From positions 1 to 30,061 of IMG/VR virus record IMGVR_UViG_2675903378_000003: a DNA stretch of 30,061 nucleotides; one strand, written 5' to 3'. Numbering within the stretch: the stretch's first letter is position 1; each line of letters starts with the position of its first letter. Below are positions 9,162 through 17,444 of this stretch, in pieces. Position numbers and translations under genes: made by a program. This DNA comes from a virus. A model generated the notes under the pieces. That model saw nothing but the letters and a program-made list of their open reading frames with translations. It was not told the origin of the DNA and searched no databases.

Positions 9162-9608
9162 TTAGAATGGGATATCGTCGTCGAATTCGTCATGAGCGCT
9201 ACGCTGCTGCGGTGCGCTCTGCTGCTGAGGAGATTGCCTGCTCTGAGCCGCCTGGTCATTTACAGGCTTTCCGCCAAGCATCTGCATCTGTCCGTGCATG
9301 TCGACGATTACCTCGGTGGTGTATCGGTCCTGGCCGTCCTGAGCCTGCCACTTGCGAGTTCTGAGAGATCCCTCGACGTACAATTGCTGGCCCTTCTTTA
9401 CGTGTTGTCCAGCGATCTCTGCGAGCTTCCCGAAGAACACCACGCGGTGCCATTCGGTGCGCTCCTGTTGCTGGCCGGTCTGCTTGTCCTTCCAGCTCTC
9501 GCTGGTGGCGAGGGTGATGTTGGTCACCGCATTGCCGTTGGGCATGTAGCGGGTTTCCGGGTCACCACCGACGTTACCAACCAGAATTACTTTGTTAACA
9601 CCTCTCAT
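9162..9608 (-). CDS. ssb: Single-stranded DNA-binding protein
   Basis: [42 protein letters not shown]...[17 protein letters not shown], acidic C-tail DEFDDDIPF. Confidence 0.97.
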   Translation of the reverse strand: MRGVNKVILVGNVGGDPETRYMPNGNAVTNITLATSESWKDKQTGQQQERTEWHRVVFFGKLAEIAGQHVKKGQQLYVEGSLRTRKWQAQDGQDRYTTEVIVDMHGQMQMLGGKPVNDQAAQSRQSPQQQSAPQQRSAHDEFDDDIPF

Positions 9609-10231
9609 GCTGCTTTCCTCATGCGCTCTCGCATCTGATGTTCAAGCTCTGCCAACTCTTCCAGGAACGCTTTAACTTCGGACTCCATCTCGCGAATGCG
9701 TTCCTCGTCGCGGTGGTAGCGGAAGCACACGTACTGCAATTCATCAGGCAGACGGTCGTCGAAGCTCACGAAGTCGACCCACTCGCGGCCGCTGCATGAC
9801 ATTTGGGCGAGCATCTGCCACTCGTACTGTGGGTCGTGCTTGCCCGACTGCATCGTGTAGATGTGGGTTGCGGTAGACGGGCATTTAATCTCGACGAGGC
9901 CATGCTCACCCGCGAGGCCATCTGGCGACGCGCCAAATCCATGGATTCGCGGATGGATGATCAGGCCTGTTTCGATCGTCATTACGCCTGCATTGAACTC
10001 GTAGGCCGAGCGAGCAATCGGCTCCAGGTCGGTACCACGCTGCATTGCGGCGCTGGTGAATCCTTCCTCGCGCTTGCCGGTCAGGCGCTCGCACAGGAGC
10101 TGCATCATGTAGTTCTGGCGGGTAGCAGAAGGGGCGCCACTGCGCCCCTTTGCCATCACATCCTTGACCTTGCTGGCCGTCACCCGCCCCAGGCGCTGTG
10201 CGAACCATTCATCACTACGCTGCTCGATCAT
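9605..10231 (-). CDS. YqaJ-family viral recombinase / alkaline exonuclease
   Basis: [22 protein letters not shown]...[21 protein letters not shown]...[13 protein letters not shown]; start trimmed to ATG 10229-10231. Confidence 0.93.
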   Translation of the reverse strand: MIEQRSDEWFAQRLGRVTASKVKDVMAKGRSGAPSATRQNYMMQLLCERLTGKREEGFTSAAMQRGTDLEPIARSAYEFNAGVMTIETGLIIHPRIHGFGASPDGLAGEHGLVEIKCPSTATHIYTMQSGKHDPQYEWQMLAQMSCSGREWVDFVSFDDRLPDELQYVCFRYHRDEERIREMESEVKAFLEELAELEHQMRERMRKAA

Positions 10232-10961
10232 CGCCGGTCTCCTCGAATTCAACGTCGATAGGTGCCTCCAGCAGTTCTTTCTTCCGCTGGTCTTTCGCAA
10301 CTGTCAGTTGGTCACGTGCACCCTTGGACTTGTAGGCCTTCCAGGCATCGCTGAATGCAGCCTGCAAATCATCCATGGTCGGAGCAGAATTGATCAGCGA
10401 CAGAGCCTCGGTCACGTCCTCGACTGGCTCGCCAGGGGTCACGTCGCGCTCGACGATGCGCTCTGCCTCGTCCTGGTCGTAGATGCCGGCGAACCCGAAC
10501 GCGAGGCGTGCGCACTGGATCATTGCCTTGTGGCGAAGCATCCGGCGCGGATGGGACTGCCAAGGCTGGGTGTTCCGCTTGCACTCGGCCATGTACTCAG
10601 TCGCGCTGATGGCATGGCTGCGGTCCTTCCGGTAGATCTTGCAGGTGCATTCGGTGCCCTGCTGGTCCATTGAGAATTCCATGCCATCGAACTGTGGGTT
10701 CTCGTTGATGATCCGAGCCCAGCCATCCACACCAACAACCGGCACGATGCCGTTGTTCTTGTCGGGGAATGCGTACAACTCCTTGGTGAAGGGGTTCAGT
10801 TTGTACTGGTCTGCCACGATCAGCAGGGCGACCATCTGCGAATCATTGACCTGGCCCTTGAAACAGGTCTGCTTGAGCGTGTTCGCCACTTCTTCAGGCG
10901 TGGTACCCATCTCGTAGCGCGTGGCGAACTTCGTCAGGAGCGGTGTTAGTGCAGTTCCCAT
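10215..10961 (-). CDS. bet: Phage recombination protein Bet (RecT family)
   Basis: LLIVADQYKLNPFTKELYAFPDKNNGIVPVVGVDGWARIIN...CTCKIYRKDR...HPRRMLRHKAMIQCARLAFGFAGIYD. Confidence 0.95.
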   Translation of the reverse strand: MGTALTPLLTKFATRYEMGTTPEEVANTLKQTCFKGQVNDSQMVALLIVADQYKLNPFTKELYAFPDKNNGIVPVVGVDGWARIINENPQFDGMEFSMDQQGTECTCKIYRKDRSHAISATEYMAECKRNTQPWQSHPRRMLRHKAMIQCARLAFGFAGIYDQDEAERIVERDVTPGEPVEDVTEALSLINSAPTMDDLQAAFSDAWKAYKSKGARDQLTVAKDQRKKELLEAPIDVEFEETGDDRAA

Positions 10962-10968
10962 GTGAACC

Positions 10969-12033
10969 TCAATAGTTGATCGTGATGTGAGGAACCTTGC
11001 GCTGAGCGATCAGTGTGATCGCCTGCTTGGCGCATTCCTCGGGCATGCCGCCGGCGATCAGGGCCGCCAGGGCTTCGTTGTTGATGGCTTTCTTGTGGGC
11101 CTTGTCGGCTTCTCGGGCTGCTGCCTCGCGCTCGATCCTGGCTTGCTCGTCTGCCTGCCGTTGGCGCTCTGCGGCAGCGGCTTCTTCGGCGCGCCGCTGT
11201 GCATCACGCTCAGCCTGCTCGGCGCGTTGCTGTGCTTCCAACTTCTCGCGCTCCGCCTTCTCGGCAGCGAGTCGCAGTTCCAGTTCCCGGCGCTCGGCGG
11301 CAGCCTTTGCCTCGGTTTCGCGGCGAGCGGCGGCTTCGCGTTCTTCCTGGGCGCGTCGTTCCGCTGCAAGGCGCTCGGCCTCGGCTGCTTCGCGGGCAAT
11401 GCGTTCCTCGCGCTCTTTCTGCTCGCGAGCAGCAGCTTCGGCGCGCAGTCGCTCCAGTTCGGCCTGCTCGGCTTCATACTTCTCGCGTGCAACGAGGGCT
11501 TCGCGCAGCGCGACCAGGGCCTTGTCCTTGGTACGGGCGGCCTCGGTTTCGAACTCTTCCCAGTCCTCGCCAATCAAGAGGCCTTCCAGCCACTCAATGT
11601 TGGCTTTCAACTCGGTCGAATCTAGGTCGCGGCATTCCAGGCGCAGGTTGATCTGATCGATGCCGGCCTGGTGCTTGGCCTTGCGCATTTCCTCGCGCTG
11701 CTCCCACTCAGTTAGGGGCTGGCGTACCTCTGCCTGCCAGGAGTCCAGCAGGTCACGCATGCGCTTGCGCTCGGCATCGACCTTCTTCGGCACTTCCTTC
11801 AGGTCGGCGACCAGTTCCTTTCCTACGTTGTCCAGCGCCGTCTTCGAGCGGGCGACCTTGTAGGCGATGGAGGCGATGGCCTCTCTGCCCTTGCGGGTAG
11901 TGACGTCTGGCACGAAGCCGTCGATCTCTTCGCGAATCTTGGCCAGGAACGGGTCAAGGCCATTGACGGCCGAGTAGACTTGGAGTGCGGTTTCTTTGGC
12001 CGGCACTTCGACCAGTTGGGTTTCTGCGGACAT
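10969..12033 (-). CDS. Long charged-helix/coiled-coil phage protein next to the Bet/Exo/SSB module
   Basis: 354 aa; very long E/R/A-rich segment REQKEREERIAREAAEAERLAAERRAQEEREAAARRETEAKAAAERR. Confidence 0.8.
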   Translation of the reverse strand: MSAETQLVEVPAKETALQVYSAVNGLDPFLAKIREEIDGFVPDVTTRKGREAIASIAYKVARSKTALDNVGKELVADLKEVPKKVDAERKRMRDLLDSWQAEVRQPLTEWEQREEMRKAKHQAGIDQINLRLECRDLDSTELKANIEWLEGLLIGEDWEEFETEAARTKDKALVALREALVAREKYEAEQAELERLRAEAAAREQKEREERIAREAAEAERLAAERRAQEEREAAARRETEAKAAAERRELELRLAAEKAEREKLEAQQRAEQAERDAQRRAEEAAAAERQRQADEQARIEREAAAREADKAHKKAINNEALAALIAGGMPEECAKQAITLIAQRKVPHITINY

Positions 12034-12205
12034 GATTTCTCCGATCCGCCCGAGGGCAGAGATTGAAAGGGAAGGGGAAAGGCGCTTACGGCGCCACTCG
12101 GCAGCGTCACCCCTGCGGGATGAATAGCGTTGCGCTAGAAGCCGCTGCTGCGGGTGTTTTCTTCATGCCTCCCACCGCCCGCTGGGGAAGCCGCAGTTAT
12201 CCGGA

Positions 12206-12343
12206 TTACCGGCCTGCTGCGGACAGGTGCGTAGCTTCTGCGGTGATGATGCCGCCCCAGATCGGGCCGGCTGCCAGGATGAAGAGGTACAGCAGACCTC
12301 CGAAGAGGCTGCCTAGCCAGATTGCTGTGCGGCGGGTGTTCAT
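12206..12343 (-). CDS. Small predicted membrane protein (45 aa)
   Basis: MNTRRTAIWLGSLFGGLLYLFILAAGPIWGGIITAEATHLSAAGR; ATGA-coupled to the 12340 gene; start trimmed. Confidence 0.5.
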   Translation of the reverse strand: MNTRRTAIWLGSLFGGLLYLFILAAGPIWGGIITAEATHLSAAGR

Positions 12344-12699
12344 GCTGCCTCCTTGGTACGCCTGGAGCCTGGGTACTCCGGATGCGATGGGTACTGGGTT
12401 GGCCTTATGACAGAGGCAAGAAGCTTCTTCCAGGTGGCTGCATTGTTCGGCAGGCACACCCCAAACTCTTTTGTGTCGTACTCGACGTCGTCAACGAGAA
12501 ATGGCATCAGGCTCAACGGAACGGCGATGTTGGAGCAGCCGCTGTTGTAGTAGCCCAGATGCTCAAGGATTCTTTCTTCGGAGTAGATGCCTGCGCTCTC
12601 CATCTTCCAGCAGTAGCCGCGGTCATCAGAACGCCACAGAGTGATTGCCTTGTGGCGTCGCTTCGTGTGCTTGAGGCTGATCACTATGTAGTCAGTCAT
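12340..12699 (-). CDS. Hypothetical phage protein
   Basis: MTDYIVISLKHTKRRHKAITLWRSDDRGYCWKMESAGIYSEERI...; start ATG 12697-12699. Confidence 0.6.
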   Translation of the reverse strand: MTDYIVISLKHTKRRHKAITLWRSDDRGYCWKMESAGIYSEERILEHLGYYNSGCSNIAVPLSLMPFLVDDVEYDTKEFGVCLPNNAATWKKLLASVIRPTQYPSHPEYPGSRRTKEAA

Positions 12700-12809
12700 G
12701 GCGTAACCATCCCCACGAATGCCCAGGCGAAAGCGCCGATACCGCCCACAAAAAAGCCGCCGAAGATCAGGACTTGGGCGGCCTCTTTCAGGTCTATGGT
12801 GATGGTCAT
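12696..12809 (-). CDS. Small predicted membrane protein (37 aa)
   Basis: Manually translated: MTITIDLKEAAQVLIFGGFFVGGIGAFAWAFVGMVTP*; ATGA overlaps at both ends. Confidence 0.5.
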   Translation of the reverse strand: MTITIDLKEAAQVLIFGGFFVGGIGAFAWAFVGMVTP

Positions 12810-13126
12810 GGCGTACGCTCCATTGCGGCGTCGATGGCTGCGTCCAACTCATCCCCAGATCGGTACTCGTATGCGAGATACCCTCCGCATCCGAACTCAT
12901 CCGCTGGAACCTCACCTGAAACCTTGTCGAGCACTAGAGATACGTCCTGATCAGGATTCCGCAGCCACCGATACCGCTTAGCATCAGCCTCAGCAGCGCG
13001 CAGGCGGGCGATCAGTCCGCGCAGTTCTCCCATGGTGATTGCTGAATCTTCGTCGCCGAGGAAGGCGGGATGCTGCGAATACCCTTCCAACTCCGCCAAC
13101 TGCTCATCACTGATAGGGGTTGTCAT
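12806..13126 (-). CDS. Hypothetical phage protein with C-terminal YRWLR...LDAAIDAA module
   Basis: 106 aa; AADAKRYRWLRNPDQ...GDELDAAIDAAMERTP. Confidence 0.65.
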   Translation of the reverse strand: MTTPISDEQLAELEGYSQHPAFLGDEDSAITMGELRGLIARLRAAEADAKRYRWLRNPDQDVSLVLDKVSGEVPADEFGCGGYLAYEYRSGDELDAAIDAAMERTP

Positions 13127-13806
13127 TTCCCTTCCTCCTGGCGGCGGTAGCCGGCGTCAAATAGCGCTTTGGCTTGCTTAACCGTCAGCGTCTCTACTGC
13201 GAAGCACATTTCCTCAATCGCCTTTGCCCGCTCCTCGGCGGCGATCTGCTCGGGGGTGCGGAGAAGTGATCCGTGGCTTGAGTGGAATCCAAGAGCCTGT
13301 CTCAGCGTCTTGATGCGCTCTGCTGCCTCTTGAGGATCGTCAAACAGGCCTATGTGCTGTTCCTTCCCGTTGATTTTGACGCGGGCGCGCCACTTGCCTG
13401 TCTCTTCATGCCAACTGACCCCGCAATAACCGCTGCGTGATCCAGCTTGCAGCTTTACGTTCTTGCAGTTTTCCTGATGAGAAACTTGGCGAAGGTTAGC
13501 TATTGAGTTGTCCAAAGAATCGCCGTTTATATGGTCAATCTCTTCGCCAGGATGCTCGCCGTAGTGAATTGCCCAAGCTATACGGTGCGCATAGATTTTC
13601 TGGCCGCAAATGTCGATTCTGCGGTACTTTTTTCGCTTTTTGGTGACGATGACCCCGGCTTCTTTTCCTTCACAGCGGGATACCCACGAAGCGAAATGAT
13701 GCTTTTTTGTAAAATCTGACGATGGTCTTGGCAGCCAGACAAGACTCCCGGTTTCTTTGTCGTAGCTGAGCCTTGTGCGCAGATACGCAATCGACGGCAG
13801 GGTCAT
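13123..13806 (-). CDS. HNH + AP2 homing-endonuclease-like protein fused to a C-terminal phage segment
   Basis: IYAHRIAWAIHYGEHPGEEIDHINGDSLDNSIANLRQVSHQENCKN (HNH); SGYCGVSWHEETGKWRARVKINGKEQHIGLFDDPQEAAE (AP2). Confidence 0.85.
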   Translation of the reverse strand: MTLPSIAYLRTRLSYDKETGSLVWLPRPSSDFTKKHHFASWVSRCEGKEAGVIVTKKRKKYRRIDICGQKIYAHRIAWAIHYGEHPGEEIDHINGDSLDNSIANLRQVSHQENCKNVKLQAGSRSGYCGVSWHEETGKWRARVKINGKEQHIGLFDDPQEAAERIKTLRQALGFHSSHGSLLRTPEQIAAEERAKAIEEMCFAVETLTVKQAKALFDAGYRRQEEGK

Positions 13807-14081
13807 ACGTCACCCCCGGTGGCCTTTGCAATGGCGTCGAAAGCTTTGACCTCATCGCGCTTGTAGCGAAAGGCCCAGGAGATGGCTTCGAGCTTCTTCC
13901 TGCCAGCCTTGTTGAATATGTGAATGGTTGGAAGGCCTCCCTCTAATGGGTGGCCCTTTGCATCCAGCGGGTTCTTGTGCTCCAACTCAACGAATTCACG
14001 AAGTTGCTGTAGGTGTTCAATTGAGCAGCCAGACAAACGAACAGCATCCCATCCGTAGCACTGCAACTTTGGCTTGCTCAT
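13803..14081 (-). CDS. Hypothetical phage protein
   Basis: 92 aa, ATGA-coupled. Confidence 0.6.
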   Translation of the reverse strand: MSKPKLQCYGWDAVRLSGCSIEHLQQLREFVELEHKNPLDAKGHPLEGGLPTIHIFNKAGRKKLEAISWAFRYKRDEVKAFDAIAKATGGDV

Positions 14082-14497
14082 GCTGCATCCTCCATGTTCT
14101 GTTCTGCGATCATTTCCAGCACCAGGTCCGCGTGCGGCTTCAGGAGTCCGAGCGCGATGCGTTCAGTGATTCCCTGGTGATGCTCAAGGTTTGCCGCGCA
14201 CTCGCGGGCGGTAGAGGTGAACTCGTCTTCGGCGGCCTGGAACATCTGAGCCAGCCAGCATTCTTCGTCGGCCTGGACGAGCTTCAGCAGTTCGGCCTGT
14301 ACCCGTTCGGTCAGAGTGCTGGCGAAGACCACTACGCGCTCGCGCATGGTTTCGATCTTCACGTCCATGCCGCACCGCAGATCGTTGACTGCGTGCTCTG
14401 CCCAGTCGCAGAACTCATCGGAGTTAGCGGCGGGAGGGGTGTCGTCAGGAGTCGCGTCGTCATGTAGCGACTGTGCGCATTGAAATGCGGTGTTCAT
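14078..14497 (-). CDS. Hypothetical phage protein
   Basis: 139 aa, ATGA-coupled to both neighbours. Confidence 0.6.
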   Translation of the reverse strand: MNTAFQCAQSLHDDATPDDTPPAANSDEFCDWAEHAVNDLRCGMDVKIETMRERVVVFASTLTERVQAELLKLVQADEECWLAQMFQAAEDEFTSTARECAANLEHHQGITERIALGLLKPHADLVLEMIAEQNMEDAA

Positions 14498-14751
14498 GAC
14501 TGAACTCCAATCTGCAACTGCTCTTTAAACTCTGCTGCAAGAGGGGAAAGGTGGTCATACACCGTCTGTGCAGTGTCCATATCGCCGCAAACAATCTGGA
14601 ATGGCAGATCGAAACAGTGCCATTTTCCGGGACCGACATTGCTTGCCTGTTCCTGATGGCGGTAGATCAAGAATTCTTTCAATTCGGCGGGGAACTGAAC
14701 GCCTGAACGTTGTTCCATCTGTTCTATGGTCAGATTTCCTAAGCGCATCAT
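14494..14751 (-). CDS. Hypothetical phage protein
   Basis: MMRLGNLTIEQMEQRSGVQFPAELKEFLIYRHQEQASNV...; GTGAAAC region upstream. Confidence 0.55.
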   Translation of the reverse strand: MMRLGNLTIEQMEQRSGVQFPAELKEFLIYRHQEQASNVGPGKWHCFDLPFQIVCGDMDTAQTVYDHLSPLAAEFKEQLQIGVQS

Positions 14752-14811
14752 GTTTCACCTCGCGTTCGCGTGCATGCGGCAGCGTCCTGTCTCGCTGTCG
14801 TCATACAGGCG

Positions 14812-14835
14812 AAAAAATGCCCGGACTTGCCGGGC
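14812..14835 (-). terminator. Intrinsic terminator on the - strand
   Basis: GCCCGG-CAAGT-CCGGGC-A-TTTTTT on the minus strand. Confidence 0.8.
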
Positions 14836-15004
14836 TAAGAGGGGTAGGGTGGGGATGGCCGGAGTTTCACCGGCGACTGACTTGGCGCGGACCCATTCAG
14901 CGACTCATTTCGTATGCCGAAGCAGTGACGTCCGCAGGTACCTAGTACATCTCCCGCTGCGCGGGACTCATCCCCATTGAAGGGTGGCGTCCTTGCCGGG
15001 GAAG

Positions 15005-15199
15005 TCAGGAGAGATGCAGTGCGAGCATTCCTCTGTCCATGATGCTCAGCTCGCCAGTGCTATTCATGATCTTGCGGAGTTCCTGTACGCCGCCGGCGAT
15101 ACCGGTTATTGCGGCAACCACTTGGAGCTGACCGCGCTTATCCGCGTTGCGAAGTGCCGCTCGAATGCGGTCATCTTGCTTAGGGTCGGTGAGATTCAT
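15005..15199 (-). CDS. Small hypothetical phage protein
   Basis: MNLTDPKQDDRIRAALRNADKRGQLQVVAAITGIAGGVQELRKIMNSTGELSIMDRGMLALHLS. Confidence 0.5.
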   Translation of the reverse strand: MNLTDPKQDDRIRAALRNADKRGQLQVVAAITGIAGGVQELRKIMNSTGELSIMDRGMLALHLS

Positions 15200-15230
15200 C
15201 TCGCCTCCAATGTGTATGCGCCAGGGCGCG

Positions 15231-15542
15231 TTAGGCGGTGGCCTTTGCGATTGCGGCAGTCATTAGCTCATGGATGGCGTCGTACTCCTTAACCGATTCA
15301 GGCGAGAGGAATCCCGATCCGCTCGGCTCGACGACATCCCACAAACGACCGTACAGACGCTTGAAGGCTTGGCACGCCTCAAGCAGCTCGGGCGCGGCGG
15401 CGATCAGGCGGGCGTCAGCCTCAGAGACTGAAAGCCAAACAGCACCTGCATACTCATCGGGCTTACACGGTCCAATCTCGAAGATCGTTATTCCATGTGG
15501 GCTTCGTGCAATCTCCCACGGTCCCGGTGTGTGCTTGCTCAT
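15231..15542 (-). CDS. Phage protein of the HTPGPW...ADARLIAAAPELLEA type
   Basis: MSKHTPGPWEIARSP...VSEADARLIAAAPELLEACQAF is a common phage family signature. Confidence 0.75.
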   Translation of the reverse strand: MSKHTPGPWEIARSPHGITIFEIGPCKPDEYAGAVWLSVSEADARLIAAAPELLEACQAFKRLYGRLWDVVEPSGSGFLSPESVKEYDAIHELMTAAIAKATA

Positions 15543-15558
15543 TTTGTTCTCCTGCCTG

Positions 15559-15663
15559 TCAGGCGTCTTGCTGTTGAATAGGACAACGCTTCAGACGGAT
15601 CGGCAAAAACATCGTCAGAAGCAGAAATCCCCACATTGCTGCGAACTCGCCAAGGTCTGGCAT
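15559..15663 (-). CDS. Small predicted membrane protein (34 aa)
   Basis: Manually translated: MPDLGEFAAMWGFLLLTMFLPIRLKRCPIQQQDA*; AAGGAA upstream of ATG. Confidence 0.4.
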   Translation of the reverse strand: MPDLGEFAAMWGFLLLTMFLPIRLKRCPIQQQDA

Positions 15664-15773
15664 GGATTCCTTTCTTCCCGTATCAGGGCAAATGGACGAA
15701 CGCCGGGCGCTTACCCGGATGCGTCAGGTCTGGCTGCGCTAGCCCCTAGACTCGTTCGCTGTTCGATGGCGGC

Positions 15774-16421
15774 TCACTCGTCGAATTCGACGAACTCGCC
15801 CTCGGCATTCAACTGGTACCAGGTGTCCGGCTCTACGCCGTTCTCCCCGACCTTGCTGGCGCGGATATGGATTAGGCGCCCCTCGTCGTCACGATGACAT
15901 AGGACGATGGCGCTACCAGCAGATGCGCGAGCGCGGCCTTCGATGCCCAGGGATGCGGCGACGGACTCCTTGCCGCTGACCTCGGCTGCCGAGTAGTAGC
16001 CGGTGTTCGACGCTGCCGATTGGTAGCCGGTGTTCGACGCTGTGCCGCCTACCACCGTCTGCTCAACCGACTTATCTACCTTGCTCATGACCCAGTCGAT
16101 GGCCCGCGAGATCATGGTCGGCATGCTGATTTCCGCCTCCACCACCAGGGTGGCGCTGGCGATCTTGCTGTCATCGTCGTGACGGCTCAGTTGTCCCGAA
16201 GCCTTCACGATGGCGAATCGGCTGTCGCCTGGGGCGTAGTAGCCGAAAACATCGAGTGGGTACTCGCAGGAGTGGAAGCCCGAGGCGCATGCCTCTACTT
16301 CGCCCTCGTGCTTGTAGGTGCCGCCGATCTCGAACTGGTAGCCGAGACAGGTCAGGTCTTGCTTGAACCCCTTGTAAGCGGTCACGACCTCTTCGGACGC
16401 AGCCTTTTTCTTGCTCGCCAT
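15774..16421 (-). CDS. DUF7666-like protein with internal 9-aa repeats
   Basis: AYKGFKQDLTCLGYQFEIGGTYKHEGEVEACASGFHSCEYPLDVFGYY...; NTGYQSAASNTGYYSAA repeats. Confidence 0.65.
   Translation of the reverse strand: MASKKKAASEEVVTAYKGFKQDLTCLGYQFEIGGTYKHEGEVEACASGFHSCEYPLDVFGYYAPGDSRFAIVKASGQLSRHDDDSKIASATLVVEAEISMPTMISRAIDWVMSKVDKSVEQTVVGGTASNTGYQSAASNTGYYSAAEVSGKESVAASLGIEGRARASAGSAIVLCHRDDEGRLIHIRASKVGENGVEPDTWYQLNAEGEFVEFDE
15996..16042. repeat. 20-bp perfect direct repeat, 27-bp period, inside the DUF7666-like gene
   Basis: GTAGCCGGTGTTCGACGCTG at 15996-16015 and 16023-16042; encodes the 9-aa unit. Confidence 0.9.
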
Positions 16422-16562
16422 CGCGATTCTCCGTTTTAGGTTTGCCCTGGGTTGGGCGATAGGGCGCCCGGATGGGCAAATGGGTTGGAGCTGGTGATGC
16501 CCCGGCGAAACGGGGCTACTATGCGGGTTCCTTGTGGTGCGTATGGAGCCGTGGGGCAGCCA

Positions 16563-17162
16563 CTAGGCTGCGAGTCTCCGCGATATCTCGATGAGTGCAT
16601 CACATACGCGCTCATCGTGTTGTTCGGTAAGGCGGTACCTGTCCACTGCCTCAAGTACGACTCTTGATTTGGCTTCCTTCCAGGCAGCATGAGCATCATC
16701 CGCAGTTGCGTATGAACCGAGGAATGCTCTTCGGCCTTCCATCGTCCAAATCCTCACCATGTACGGTCTGTCTTTGTTTCGCATGATCGAAACGCCAGTC
16801 GGTAAGCCGCGAAATGATCCGTGACCGTCATGCAAAAGGTTGTTTAGCCAGGCAGGAATGAAGACTGAGGTGTCCGGGCTATACATCTTGTCTCCCGGTC
16901 GTAGAAGGTCTTTGTCCAAGTGGTTTCCTTTCCATGGACGTTCTTGCATCCACTCGCGGAATGCCATGAATGAAAGCCAACGCTCATCGACCTTGCAGTC
17001 CACATAGGAAGAACTGTGTCCGTATCTTTTCCCATAACAGCGTTCCAGCATTCCTTTCCAACGGCTGTAGAACGGGCACATGTAACGTTCCCCATTGATG
17101 AGCCGGTAAACGTTGTAGTCGGCGTCATTTCTTCCTACGCCTCGAATCAGGCCTTTCTTCAT
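16563..17162 (-). CDS. AP2-domain homing-endonuclease-like protein
   Basis: YNVYRLINGERYMCPFYSRWKGMLERCYGKRYG...GLPTGVSIMRNKDRPYMVRIWTMEGRRAFLGSYATADDAHAAWKEAK; start ATG after AGGAGG-like RBS. Confidence 0.75.
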   Translation of the reverse strand: MKKGLIRGVGRNDADYNVYRLINGERYMCPFYSRWKGMLERCYGKRYGHSSSYVDCKVDERWLSFMAFREWMQERPWKGNHLDKDLLRPGDKMYSPDTSVFIPAWLNNLLHDGHGSFRGLPTGVSIMRNKDRPYMVRIWTMEGRRAFLGSYATADDAHAAWKEAKSRVVLEAVDRYRLTEQHDERVCDALIEISRRLAA

Positions 17163-17234
17163 CTGATGCCTCCTGTTCGATTTCTTCGATGCCCCTCTTG
17201 CGAAGGGCATCTGAGAAATCGTTTATTCATGGGT

Positions 17235-17444
17235 TTATGCTGAGTAGAGATACCAAGGGTTTAAACCGTCCTTGTGCCTCCAGATGAATCGGTCAAGCTC
17301 ATGCGAACATGGCGGTTTGAAAATGCAGATATTCCCGTCGACTTTCTCGCACCAACCGATCAGCTCGCCGGCTGGCTTGGTCATGTGCTGCTCACTGGCG
17401 AAGATGCGGCAGCCCCGCATCGGCTTGAAGAACTGGTACCTCAC
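17235..17444 (-). CDS. Small hypothetical phage protein (GTG start)
   Basis: VRYQFFKPMRGCRIFASEQHMTKPAGELIGWCEKVDGNICIFKPPCSHELDRFIWRHKDGLNPWYLYSA; GTGA overlap with upstream stop. Confidence 0.45.
   Translation of the reverse strand: MRYQFFKPMRGCRIFASEQHMTKPAGELIGWCEKVDGNICIFKPPCSHELDRFIWRHKDGLNPWYLYSA

Noticed and set aside
10987-11656. Overlapping + strand ORFs of 213, 212 and 150 aa opposite the charged-helix gene
   Set aside because: Open frames arise from the repetitive GCN/GAR composition of the long helix; Ser/Arg/Ala and Gly/Leu/Phe-rich translations are not protein-like.
11500-11900. Possible TolA-like host protein
   Set aside because: Charged helix resembles TolA by composition only; position in the Bet/Exo/SSB operon indicates a phage gene.
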